64,000 nucleotides of DNA from a virus (lineage: Duplodnaviria; Caudoviricetes). The stretch is taken from IMG/VR virus record IMGVR_UViG_3300029288_000149, positions 1 through 64,000 of that record; one strand, 5' to 3'. Positions 46,894 to 55,861 of the stretch are shown in pieces (the first letter of the stretch is position 1; each line of letters starts with the position of its first letter). Both the position numbers and the translations under genes were made by a program. The notes below the pieces were generated by a model that made no database searches, was not told where the DNA came from, and saw only the letters and a program-made list of their open reading frames with translations.

Positions 46894-48827
46894 GCCTTCA
46901 ACTTCAAGTCTGTGACTTCTTCATCAGTCAAGGCATGAGGAGCTAGCTCATCATTCCCATTCCAAACTTGCATTTCAGCCTTGACAGTCTTCTTTGTGAC
47001 AGCAGTACCTCTTGAAACTTCCTCATCCGATATTGGTGTACCCTTTATACCACGCTTTATCTTGAAGGATTTATCTTCAGGAACTTCATCTTCCTTCTCG
47101 ATAACTTCAGCAACAGTGTATGTGTTTACCTCAGTACCAGGAGTTCGGAGTTCCTTCAGAATACCATTTCTCCACTCAAAGCATGCAACATCCTCAGGAT
47201 GTCCTCCCAATTCCTTCATGTGAATATCTGAATCCTGAATGGCAATCCTTGTGTCCTTAACCAGTCGATCCGGCAGGACGCCTTTATCAGCGAGTAACCG
47301 TAGAAACTCCCCAACACTAAGAATTGGTTTACCCTTGACCGTTACAGGAGTGTTCATCCCTCCTGCACGATCACCTGTACCGGTATAATTTGCAGACTTT
47401 CCAGGCATTCCATTCTTCGCTGGATTTATCTTCTCCTTCAACGCTTCATCAGCATTCTCTGCCATTGTAGAAGTAATATGGTCAGATGGTTTCTGTGCCT
47501 TTATGACATTACCACTCTCGTCAATGGATGTTGTAACCAGTGGAAGGAACGCATCTATCCACAATTTGGCTGTTGTAGCAGCAGTCGCATCTTCTTCAAT
47601 GTCCTGAGTATCATAACCAAAATCAGCATCCTCAGGAAGTAATGAGTTCAAACGTCTCTCAGTAATGGTAATAAATTCACCAGAACCTTTACCCTTTGCC
47701 TTCAGGTGTTGAATTTCAGATTCTGAGGCTGTGCCTAAACTGCCTGAGGAAATTGCCCAGAATTCACGAGCATCAACACCAAAACACATAGCAAGTGTGT
47801 TGATGTACTGGTTAATAACGTCCTTCCTGTCAAAGGACTCAGGAAGTTGTGAGAATCCTTGGAACCCAACTTTTATGTCTGTATTTGGTTGTGATCCAAT
47901 AAGCCATAAAACTTGTGGGAATGTCAGTGAATTATCAGCCTTCCTACGATTCTGCCATAAGGTAAGAGCATCCATGAACTCATCCATAGTCAGACCTGTG
48001 ACAGTAGCAACACCTTCAGGTGGAAGATTATTCAATTTCTCAGCATCGTAATCATGTAAACCAATCAGAAGTTTCGCAGCACGTAAAGCTCTAGACACAG
48101 CACAGAAGCCAATACCTAAATCAGCCTCACGAGGAGATGGCATACTCGTGAAATGTACATATTCCCACGGTTTGAATTCCACACCACTTTGACCAGTAGT
48201 ATCAGAATTGTATTCCATAGGTTTCAGTGTATTACCAGTAAGAGTACACATCATAGCATCAATGTGTCCAATATCGGCAAGTTTGCCGTACTCAACATCA
48301 CCTACTCTAGGAGTCTCCCAGAATACACCACGGTTTGTTGTATAGAAATCCTGAGTCGTTGAGGACAGGAAGCCGTCCCATGAAGTACCATCCATGTGAG
48401 CAGCATTAGCAAACATTCTGGCATGTCTCAAGGCAATCTGTCGTTTACCAGTCACTCTCCAACTCATGGCTGTCATCTTTGCAGACATTGAGTATATAGC
48501 ACCAGCCAATATAGGTTCAGTTCTCCAAAGTGTTGAGTAGACTTCATCCTCACCAGCAGAACCGTACAAAGGAATTTCCTGGTACCTGCTGGTGAATAGT
48601 TTCAGTTGATTATACAGACCAACGTATGCCAAATCGTGGTCTGTATCACGAACATCAAGTTTTGACTTTGTACCAATAGATTTGTTAACTTCATCAAAAA
48701 CTGGGATAACTCCTGCCTCGATACCAGCGTCTAACGCTGCAGACACAGACTTCATGTCTGGTGCACTCGCTCTAGCAGCTTTCAAACCAGCCCTGAATCC
48801 TGTGTTAAGTCTTTGAAATAAATTCAT
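46890..48827 (-). CDS. Portal protein
   Basis: 645 aa, first gene of the head operon, upstream of the MuF-like gene and the protease; portal-like segments (YVHF, GFCAVSRA, NLPPEGV). Confidence 0.75.
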   Translation of the reverse strand: MNLFQRLNTGFRAGLKAARASAPDMKSVSAALDAGIEAGVIPVFDEVNKSIGTKSKLDVRDTDHDLAYVGLYNQLKLFTSRYQEIPLYGSAGEDEVYSTLWRTEPILAGAIYSMSAKMTAMSWRVTGKRQIALRHARMFANAAHMDGTSWDGFLSSTTQDFYTTNRGVFWETPRVGDVEYGKLADIGHIDAMMCTLTGNTLKPMEYNSDTTGQSGVEFKPWEYVHFTSMPSPREADLGIGFCAVSRALRAAKLLIGLHDYDAEKLNNLPPEGVATVTGLTMDEFMDALTLWQNRRKADNSLTFPQVLWLIGSQPNTDIKVGFQGFSQLPESFDRKDVINQYINTLAMCFGVDAREFWAISSGSLGTASESEIQHLKAKGKGSGEFITITERRLNSLLPEDADFGYDTQDIEEDATAATTAKLWIDAFLPLVTTSIDESGNVIKAQKPSDHITSTMAENADEALKEKINPAKNGMPGKSANYTGTGDRAGGMNTPVTVKGKPILSVGEFLRLLADKGVLPDRLVKDTRIAIQDSDIHMKELGGHPEDVACFEWRNGILKELRTPGTEVNTYTVAEVIEKEDEVPEDKSFKIKRGIKGTPISDEEVSRGTAVTKKTVKAEMQVWNGNDELAPHALTDEEVTDLKLKA

Positions 48828-49036
48828 TTGTTCTCCATAACCGTGTCAGTGACGGTCTAACCGTGTTTTCGCTTTAATACTTAAGTTCTTAAGTTCTTAA
48901 TTGTATTGATTGTATTAAATACATTAAGTCTAATCAAATATACTCCATTATTGTGTGCAATAATGTAATGTGCAATGCACGTGGAGAGAAAATTTGTGTG
49001 GAAAACAATTGACGGTTATGCATTGTCAGTGACGGT

Positions 49037-50134
49037 CTAACCGTGAGGAAATTGTTCAAGGAATTCTCTCTCAGTTTTTGAGATATCAATAAAATTCTCC
49101 AAATCCTTCCAATTATCCTGTCTGTGAAGGTATTCCAGTGCAGCGACACGGAAATCACCTCCGTGAGTCATTTGTGTAAGGACTTTATCGATCACACCTT
49201 TGTCGGCATTCAACAATTTATGCAGAACTAACATCCATCCACACTCGACAAGGAATGTATCTTCAAGTTCGTTTACAATCGTAGCATTCAGTGTGTTGGT
49301 GTCAATGGCTTCAAGTAGGAAACGTAATTGGTTGTCGAAGTCATCAAAGTCACCATTTATTCTTGACGTGATAGGAGTGCTACCGAATCCCATCTCGTAC
49401 ATACTGATCAAACCGTGTTGGATGACGTTATCGATAATCTTATTAGCACGTTCATAATGTCTAGAATAGACATGACAGGAATCGGCAAGATAATGTAATT
49501 CACCAACTTTAGTGTCTGTGCTAGAGGCAAAGAGTTCCATGAGCACAGACCACTCAAACAGATTTATGCCACTCATACCCCAAACTACATCATTGGATCT
49601 GACAGCAACTGTTGTGTTGACTTTATCATGCCTGATCATGGTGTGAATCCAATTCGAGCAGGGCACATCTTTACTCCAACGGACAAAGTCCTCGCTCGGA
49701 TCAAATATAGACATAACCGCTCGACGAGTTGTGTTGTCTTCATTCAAGAGATCAATGTTCTCTTTTATCTGATCAACAAAGTCGTCCATACTAATACTTC
49801 CAGTATCGAAATTTCTCAACCGCTTTCCGTATCCTGCTCTCCAAACAACATTATCATCACTGAAGTCTTTAGCTCGAGGTAAGTACTTGCTCAGAAAGGC
49901 AATGTCGTTACGACCAGCCAGAACCCACAACGTCTCTGCAATGGTGGCAAAGATGTTGTTGTTACGGTACGGCATACAGATAACACGTTGAGCAGGATTT
50001 GTGATCTGCATAACCATAGTCTGAATTTCTCTGGTTTCCTGTTCTCTTACTGTTACTGTGTCACCGTTCGTCATTACTTCTCTTAAGGCTTCAAAGAATG
50101 CCTGTTGTAAATTTGTTACAGTTGTCGAGTACAT
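49037..50134 (-). CDS. Thymidylate-synthase-family enzyme, probably dUMP hydroxymethylase-like
   Basis: ETLWVLAG, YGKRL, TRRA, DVPC, RSNDVVWG..GIN and DSCHVY. Asn rather than Asp at the substrate-specificity position. Confidence 0.8.
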   Translation of the reverse strand: MYSTTVTNLQQAFFEALREVMTNGDTVTVREQETREIQTMVMQITNPAQRVICMPYRNNNIFATIAETLWVLAGRNDIAFLSKYLPRAKDFSDDNVVWRAGYGKRLRNFDTGSISMDDFVDQIKENIDLLNEDNTTRRAVMSIFDPSEDFVRWSKDVPCSNWIHTMIRHDKVNTTVAVRSNDVVWGMSGINLFEWSVLMELFASSTDTKVGELHYLADSCHVYSRHYERANKIIDNVIQHGLISMYEMGFGSTPITSRINGDFDDFDNQLRFLLEAIDTNTLNATIVNELEDTFLVECGWMLVLHKLLNADKGVIDKVLTQMTHGGDFRVAALEYLHRQDNWKDLENFIDISKTEREFLEQFPHG

Positions 50135-50200
50135 CGTTTCTCCTTGTAGAACACTAAAAGACTGTCTTAGACAGTCTATGATGATAAGTTTGGTTAAGTA

Positions 50201-50869
50201 TTATCTTTTGAAATACATAACTCGTATCCACAATTTGTCCTGAGTACAATCCACCTCATCAAATTTGAATCCTTGTTTCTTCAGATTCTTCTGAATTAAG
50301 TTGGCATTGTCCCTCCATTCTTTGTGTCCAAAGTGGAATTCAATAATTATTTGTCTTACACAATCAGGCAATTTCAGACTGTCAAATATGTCATACTCAG
50401 CTCCTTCAACATCACATTTGATAATTGTTGGTTGTATATCTTCAAGTACTTCTTCAATTCCTATCGATTCTGCTTTAAATGGTCCCTCTCTGCCTCTCTT
50501 TATGTGGGATGAAGTAGCACCACTGTTCTTTGCTCCGAGATAATATTCTACTTGCTGACCTGCAGTTTTCTGAGACACACAAGCGTAATTGTATACTTGT
50601 ATGTCTTTGTAAGGTTTTGTGTTCAATTCCAATAATTCATAATTATCCTTTGCCATCTCAATGCTGATAACCTGATCAACTTTCAAGGACGTAGGTATGG
50701 CAAACGTTCCGATATGTCCACCAATGTCAAGAACAACATCCTGCATTGTAAGTTCCAAAGCACCATATTGTTTACCATATAAGTTTTCCTTCATGGTAAG
50801 TAAGTCACCATAATTTCCTTCACGATAATGGAATGGTTTACCATTGAATTCTGTTGTGACAATGTTCAT
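50201..50869 (-). CDS. FkbM-family SAM methyltransferase
   Basis: VLDIGGHIG, SIE and IKCDVEGAEY. Confidence 0.88.
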   Translation of the reverse strand: MNIVTTEFNGKPFHYREGNYGDLLTMKENLYGKQYGALELTMQDVVLDIGGHIGTFAIPTSLKVDQVISIEMAKDNYELLELNTKPYKDIQVYNYACVSQKTAGQQVEYYLGAKNSGATSSHIKRGREGPFKAESIGIEEVLEDIQPTIIKCDVEGAEYDIFDSLKLPDCVRQIIIEFHFGHKEWRDNANLIQKNLKKQGFKFDEVDCTQDKLWIRVMYFKR

Positions 50870-51084
50870 TGTTTTCTCCTAAATTTGTCAGGTTTCAATT
50901 TCTTTGTCAACCAGATGTATACGTCTATCATTGTACGACATCCGATAATTTCACCTTTATACTGAATTACGTACACACGATTACCTTTAGGATCAGTACG
51001 TCTCTCAGGTTCTAATGTAGCTCCAATGCTTGCACAAGCCATTATCATCAAAGTCTTTGACTTCCATGGTTGATTCTTTGCCAT
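50866..51084 (-). CDS. Hypothetical protein
   Basis: ATG 51084 follows AGGAG. Confidence 0.55.
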   Translation of the reverse strand: MAKNQPWKSKTLMIMACASIGATLEPERRTDPKGNRVYVIQYKGEIIGCRTMIDVYIWLTKKLKPDKFRRKQ

Positions 51085-51091
51085 AATGCTC

Positions 51092-51355
51092 CTAAAGTAT
51101 CTGTGTTCTGTATTTAGCAAGTGCTTGCATAATTGTTGACATAAATGTTGGTGTACTGACAAGAATTTCTGTGTCAGGACTCTTAATTCTGACAGTATAA
51201 CCTTCAACATTGATTACAGGAAGTTTACCACAATACTTCATCGTAAATGTGCAATCTTTGTTCTTCTGTAAGTATTGCAGAAGTTTTGCTAGATTCTCTT
51301 GTTCAACTTTACCTGTCTCAATAAATTTGTCAAAGACTTCTGCATATTCAATCAT
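51092..51355 (-). CDS. Hypothetical protein
   Basis: GGAG RBS, preceded by a CAAGTTGTATTA motif. Confidence 0.6.
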   Translation of the reverse strand: MIEYAEVFDKFIETGKVEQENLAKLLQYLQKNKDCTFTMKYCGKLPVINVEGYTVRIKSPDTEILVSTPTFMSTIMQALAKYRTQIL

Positions 51356-51382
51356 CGGTTATTCTCCCACTAATACAACTTG

Positions 51383-51622
51383 TTATGTGATGGTCATATG
51401 TTGTAGACGGTCTATTTCAGCATAAATTTCCTTCAGCTTTGACACAGTGAAAGTTTTCTTTGCTGGATAATCTATATACAGCTTATTCATCTCAAGATTT
51501 GTGAGCATAAATAGTTCTTTGAGTTTGTCTGGAGGTATCCTATAAGGTTTTCTGTTTATGTAAAATCTTGATCTTTGAGTAGGACATCTCTCGATGGTTA
51601 CACTACGTAATTCTTCATCCAT
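51383..51622 (-). CDS. Hypothetical protein
   Basis: ATG 51622 follows GAGGTGG and is coupled to the RuvC-like gene. Confidence 0.5.
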   Translation of the reverse strand: MDEELRSVTIERCPTQRSRFYINRKPYRIPPDKLKELFMLTNLEMNKLYIDYPAKKTFTVSKLKEIYAEIDRLQHMTIT

Positions 51623-52100
51623 GTTTATCCACCTCATACGCATACCTCGCAATGCAGATCGCATCAGCAATGCCCGTATGTGCCTTTTGACTTCTAGGAG
51701 TTGCCAGAAGAGAGATGTACGGGTATACACGAGCACAATATTCAATCGCTGCATTCTTGTCCTTGACTGTGTCATACAGAATCTTCTTCTTCCAGGTTTG
51801 TGGAGAGACAAGGAATCGTGGAATTCCCAAAGCTGCAACAACTCCATGGATCATACCAGTTGTCATACCGAATGAGAACATTGAAGCCACACCTTGTCCT
51901 GGCATACTGTGCACTTTCTCAATTGTAGCCTGAACAGTTCCTTGCTCTTGTAATAATTTCAGTAATGATGCCAATTCTGATAAATTAATTTCATTATCTC
52001 CAGACATAGGGTATGTATGTTCTGTCATACACTCACCATTTTCTGATATTGCAGCAAATGCACCAGCCTTGCCGGGATCAAATCCTACATAAATCTTCAT
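51615..52100 (-). CDS. RuvC-like Holliday junction resolvase
   Basis: VGFDPG, IEKV, SMFSFG, VSPQTWKK and ADAICIA. Confidence 0.88.
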   Translation of the reverse strand: MKIYVGFDPGKAGAFAAISENGECMTEHTYPMSGDNEINLSELASLLKLLQEQGTVQATIEKVHSMPGQGVASMFSFGMTTGMIHGVVAALGIPRFLVSPQTWKKKILYDTVKDKNAAIEYCARVYPYISLLATPRSQKAHTGIADAICIARYAYEVDKHG

Positions 52101-52138
52101 AATTGTATACTCCTATGTAATACAACTTGTATTATGCA

Positions 52139-52171
52139 AAAGACCTGACAACGACGGTTTGTCAGGTCTTC
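52139..52171 (-). terminator. Intrinsic terminator-like hairpin ending the tRNA region
   Basis: AGACCTGACAA-loop-TTGTCAGGTCT inverted repeat. Confidence 0.6.
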
Positions 52172-52329
52172 TAGGCGATTATGGTTTGGTTGAGCTAATG
52201 CCCTAAGTTGTGGGTTACCATCCTACACAACGTTCTTGAGAGCGGACAGTGGTGATCACCATCCATCACCTATCACAATCGTATCGGAAGAAGTTCTCAG
52301 GCTTCAGCACCAACAATTGTAGCTCTTTG

Positions 52330-52413
52330 TGGAGTAGACGAGATTCGAACTCGCTCGGGTAATGAACCCTCTTACCAGTATGTCGGTTGGTCTTATTTAG
52401 ACACAACTACTTA
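52330..52413 (-). pseudogene. Degenerate class-II tRNA-like element
   Basis: Good T arm (GCGAG-TTCGAAT-CTCGT) and long variable stem (GGGT...ACCC), but mismatched acceptor stem and no clean anticodon arm. Confidence 0.45.
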
Positions 52414-52553
52414 CCCCAGAGAGGCTCAGTGTGTACACAAGAGCCTCTTGTTAAGCTCGTAAACTTGACTGCTAATAGCATACCTTCAGCATGACGAGAT
52501 GTATAGCGACACCTGATGCATTTTAGTCTTTGCCGGGAAGTCTCGTTTACTTG

Positions 52554-52626
52554 TGGAGGAGGGAGGGATCGAACCTTCAACCGACACGTTATGAGCGTGC
52601 TGCTCTGACCATTGAGCTACTTCTCC
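52554..52626 (-). tRNA. tRNA with CAT anticodon (Met or Ile2)
   Basis: Cloverleaf GGAGAAG/GCTC..GAGC/GCACG-CTCATAA-CGTGT/GAAGG-TTCGATC-CCTCC; CCA not encoded. Confidence 0.88.
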
Positions 52627-52776
52627 GTGCCGTCTCTCCGGCTGTCACGTCTCGTCAGGTTTATTTCACGACGTTCTGGTTTTATCTCACTCTCAAGGTT
52701 GTGGACAACCTTTCTCCGTCAGGGTTACAGGACTGGGACTCACCACTGTGCTGATCGTCAAGAGCTTACAGAGAAG

Positions 52777-52849
52777 TACCACCAGCTGGAGTCGAACCAG
52801 CAACCATCGGATTAGAAGTCCGGTGCTCTATCCATTGAGCTACGGTGGT
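52777..52849 (-). tRNA. tRNA-Arg(TCT)
   Basis: Cloverleaf ACCACCG/GCTC..GAGC/CCGGA-CTTCTAA-TCCGA/GCTGG-TTCGACT-CCAGC. Confidence 0.92.
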
Positions 52850-53404
52850 ATGACTTAGCAATTTATTTGATGTCTAACCTCGACTGTCTGATTGGCAGTA
52901 TCGCTACGTCATCATTCGACTGTCTGTACAGACATCAAAGAAATTGCCAAATTTACATCGGAGAGGTTTTGGAAGCTCAGCCGATGAGCTGTCACTCACC
53001 GCCAGCCACTTCATGGGAGTCCTGCACCTTTCTCTCAGTGAAGCCAGATACGAACTTTTTCATGTCAATGACATATACTTTGGCTCTTATCCTTCTCACA
53101 GACAGCTATGTTCGATCAAGGTTTGTCTCCCGACCATCGGCTGGAGAATTCCACTCCAACTCGCTGATCCTCTCTTCTGTCTTATTCTCACCACAGGCAG
53201 CAGCCTTGTCCAAGGTTACACACGTAAAGTGAGAACGTAGGTAACTCCCCTGGACTGGGGAGAAACTTTCTATTCAGTTTGTAAAGTTCTTGAGGGAGCA
53301 GGGATTGAGGGGGGCAACCACTGCTCCCTTGCAAATGGGAGAGGAGGGCAGCCTCTCCTGATAATACAACTTGTTGACCAAAACTTTTGGTTCAAGTTGC
53401 AAAT

Positions 53405-53479
53405 AATATTATATACTCATTTCTGTAAAAGTAAAGGGTTAGCACGATATTAGTTTACTAACTTGACGGTTGTACCGTG
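53405..53479 (-). promoter_or_regulatory. Sigma70-type promoter driving the ncRNA/tRNA region
   Basis: TTTACT-N16-TATAAT (53430-35 / 53408-13), same core as the two other copies; palindrome at 53465-53479. Confidence 0.65.
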
Positions 53480-54129
53480 TTCAAATCTTCATGTATCCAG
53501 ATAGTATTCAAACCGTCAGTCTGAATCTTCACATAAGGTTTGTCGATAAAGTAAGCATTTATAGCATCAGAATGAAACGACTTACGTTTGTCAGGATGAT
53601 TCTCGTGTGTCTCTACAATAACCATTCTTGGAAGCCACTCCATTATGTCAAATCCTGCAAGTACTTGAAGTTCTGCACCTTCAACGTCGATACTCAGGAC
53701 TTCAAATTTCTTAGGTATTTGAAGTTCTTCAAGCGATTTGTTCAGAGTTGTTACTTCACTCATTATGAATTTGGTGTCGTCATACTTCTCATCCCATGGA
53801 GACCGCTCCACAGTCTCAAGGTCAATCGTTGGATTAGAACTGGTATAAAGTCTTACTGTACCTTCTGAATTCCCAACACACTTGTTTATTGTTGCAACAT
53901 TGTGACACTTACTGACATGAAGATTCCTGCAACTTTCGTACAGGTTTGGCATAGGTTCGTAGCACACTCCAGCCCAACCAGCTTCAGCAAGTCCGTAGGT
54001 ATTTGAGAATGTGAAACCGTCATGTGCTCCAACATCCACAAAGGTCGCACCAATCACAAATGAGAAGTACTTCTCATAAAGTTCAGCAAGATTCTTAATT
54101 TGACAAGAGTCAGGCATCTTGTACATCAT
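53458..54129 (-). CDS. FkbM-family SAM methyltransferase
   Basis: FVDVGAHDG...SNT, YEP and LSIDVEGAE. Confidence 0.9.
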   Translation of the reverse strand: MMYKMPDSCQIKNLAELYEKYFSFVIGATFVDVGAHDGFTFSNTYGLAEAGWAGVCYEPMPNLYESCRNLHVSKCHNVATINKCVGNSEGTVRLYTSSNPTIDLETVERSPWDEKYDDTKFIMSEVTTLNKSLEELQIPKKFEVLSIDVEGAELQVLAGFDIMEWLPRMVIVETHENHPDKRKSFHSDAINAYFIDKPYVKIQTDGLNTIWIHEDLNTVQPSS

Positions 54130-54773
54130 GATATTCTCAATAAATCACTGAAGTTGTTATCATGGAATCCTGTGACTTCTACACAAGGCTGCTTATGCTT
54201 TGTAAGAATGTTTGTTAAGATACTTTGATCATGTCTGTGTGCTTTGAATGTTGGGAAGTTGTCTTTTGACGTAGTGTCTGATACAGTTCTATAATTCAGA
54301 CAATACTCTCTCCACTCTTCGATTAACCCAATTCCCTGTCTTTTAGCACATACAACTCCTGCCCAAACTTGAGTTGTATCCCAGTATTCCTCAGTATCAC
54401 AATCCATATCTCTGAAGCACGAACGTTTAGTCCAGTCTTTGTTTATGAATGAGGTCTTCACAGCAGACAATAATTTCGTCTCAGTAAAGATTCTTAGTAT
54501 TGCTTCACGATTTGGGTACACAACTGAGGAGTCGAGATACAAGACCTCTTCTGACAATTTGAGAGCATCAAGAATTATTAGTGGCTTCCATGTCCAATAA
54601 CCACCACCTTTATGTGTTGAAAAGATTTCTGGATGTTCTGTGAATTCAGGATGATTTACTAACCATCCTCTGTCATATGCCTTGAACGGTAAGTTGTCAG
54701 ACTTACACATATTCTCAAGTCTTCTGACCATGTTCAAATAACCCTGATTGTCTGAATATGCAATGATTAGCAA
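54126..54773 (-). CDS. Nucleotide-diphospho-sugar transferase-like (GT-A) protein
   Basis: GGYWTWKP.II, YLDSS (DxD-like) and HRHDQSIL. Confidence 0.65.
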   Translation of the reverse strand: MLIIAYSDNQGYLNMVRRLENMCKSDNLPFKAYDRGWLVNHPEFTEHPEIFSTHKGGGYWTWKPLIILDALKLSEEVLYLDSSVVYPNREAILRIFTETKLLSAVKTSFINKDWTKRSCFRDMDCDTEEYWDTTQVWAGVVCAKRQGIGLIEEWREYCLNYRTVSDTTSKDNFPTFKAHRHDQSILTNILTKHKQPCVEVTGFHDNNFSDLLRIS

Positions 54774-54774
54774 A

Positions 54775-54945
54775 CTAATCTCCCATATCGAACGGTAATT
54801 CTATCTCCCAACCATTCTTCTTTGCGAGTGCTAAATCAACTTCAAGTTTCTTCCTGAATTCATCAGCTTCTTCTCCCTTGATTCTTGGAGGTTTTCCATT
54901 TATCATGTCGACTGTGATCTTCTCTATGTCATCTGATGTAAGCAT
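54775..54945 (-). CDS. Small acidic protein downstream of the zeta-like kinase
   Basis: Found by hand: 56 aa MLTSDDIEK...PFDMGD with an AGGAG RBS; below the ORF-track size cutoff. Confidence 0.6.
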   Translation of the reverse strand: MLTSDDIEKITVDMINGKPPRIKGEEADEFRKKLEVDLALAKKNGWEIELPFDMGD

Positions 54946-54954
54946 AATAGGCTC

Positions 54955-55860
54955 CTAATATCTTCCCTTATTTAAGAAACTTGCATAAGCATTAGTGTCT
55001 AATATCTTCAATTCTGTTCCAACTGCAGATGCAATTAATTTCGGTGTATTACCATTTGTGTCATACAAGTCCACTGATGACATACCACTATACTTTACAA
55101 TATCTTCAAAGACTCTTGAGACAGAAGCATGATTCTCACGCAAGACAGACTCAGGTATATATCTTCCAGTCTTCTTTGCTCTTGAGATGCTTCTAGCAAC
55201 AGCAGTCTCGACATCAACCGTAACATAAATACCTTTCACTGGTTGTCCATTTCTGCTGAGTTTCTCGACCTTTGAGAGTACTGACTTTATACCACCATCA
55301 CCAGTCCCATCCATTAACACATTGTAACCATTGTCTGATGCTTCTGCCATTATTTCTTTTGCCAAATATGATGATTCTTCATGTACAAATGGTGCTCTAT
55401 TTGGATCCTTAGGATCTCCAAATTCGTATTCAGGTAACATTCCCTTTATGTCATCACCAGATGCAAGCACAGTATTATCAGGAATTTTGACAAAACCACT
55501 ATTTACAATTGTGGATTTACCAGAAGCAGGACCACCTCCTAAAATATATGAGACAGGATCTTTTACAGGAGTCTTGTCTTCAAAAAATTTCTTCTTTATT
55601 TTATCATGTAAGACTTGACGTTCTTTTGTCCAAGTACCATCAGAATTTCTGTACTGTTCCATTGTATCTAAACCATCAGGATTTGCCATCTTACCTGTGA
55701 ACACACTCTTCTTATCTACAATTTTAGTCTTTTTGTCTGAAGACAATTTACCTCTTGCTGAACTTCCTGAAGGTAAGGATCCACCATGATGACCTGGTAT
55801 ACCTTTATGTCCATGGTGTCCTGAACCTTCACCACCCTTGAGTCTGATTATGTACTTCAT
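54955..55860 (-). CDS. Tag-cargo protein 8: zeta-toxin-like P-loop kinase
   Basis: ATG 55860: MKYIIRLKGG tag; GGPASGKST, DDIK, HEESS, NVLMDGT and R..KTGRYIP. Confidence 0.82.
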   Translation of the reverse strand: MKYIIRLKGGEGSGHHGHKGIPGHHGGSLPSGSSARGKLSSDKKTKIVDKKSVFTGKMANPDGLDTMEQYRNSDGTWTKERQVLHDKIKKKFFEDKTPVKDPVSYILGGGPASGKSTIVNSGFVKIPDNTVLASGDDIKGMLPEYEFGDPKDPNRAPFVHEESSYLAKEIMAEASDNGYNVLMDGTGDGGIKSVLSKVEKLSRNGQPVKGIYVTVDVETAVARSISRAKKTGRYIPESVLRENHASVSRVFEDIVKYSGMSSVDLYDTNGNTPKLIASAVGTELKILDTNAYASFLNKGRY

Positions 55861-55861
55861 G

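Noticed and set aside
49037-50134. dCMP hydroxymethylase or plain thyA label
   Set aside because: Asn rather than Asp at the specificity position argues against a dCMP substrate. The RSND..WG..GIN..EW pattern and the modification genes argue against an ordinary ThyA. The gene symbol is left blank.
52430-52550. Riboswitch or ribozyme (GGCAAA / CTGATG fragments)
   Set aside because: The remaining consensus elements of c-di-GMP-I or hammerhead RNAs could not be found.
52530-53240. Plus-strand ORFs over the tRNA region
   Set aside because: They overlap clear minus-strand tRNAs and hairpins and lack RBSs or coding character.
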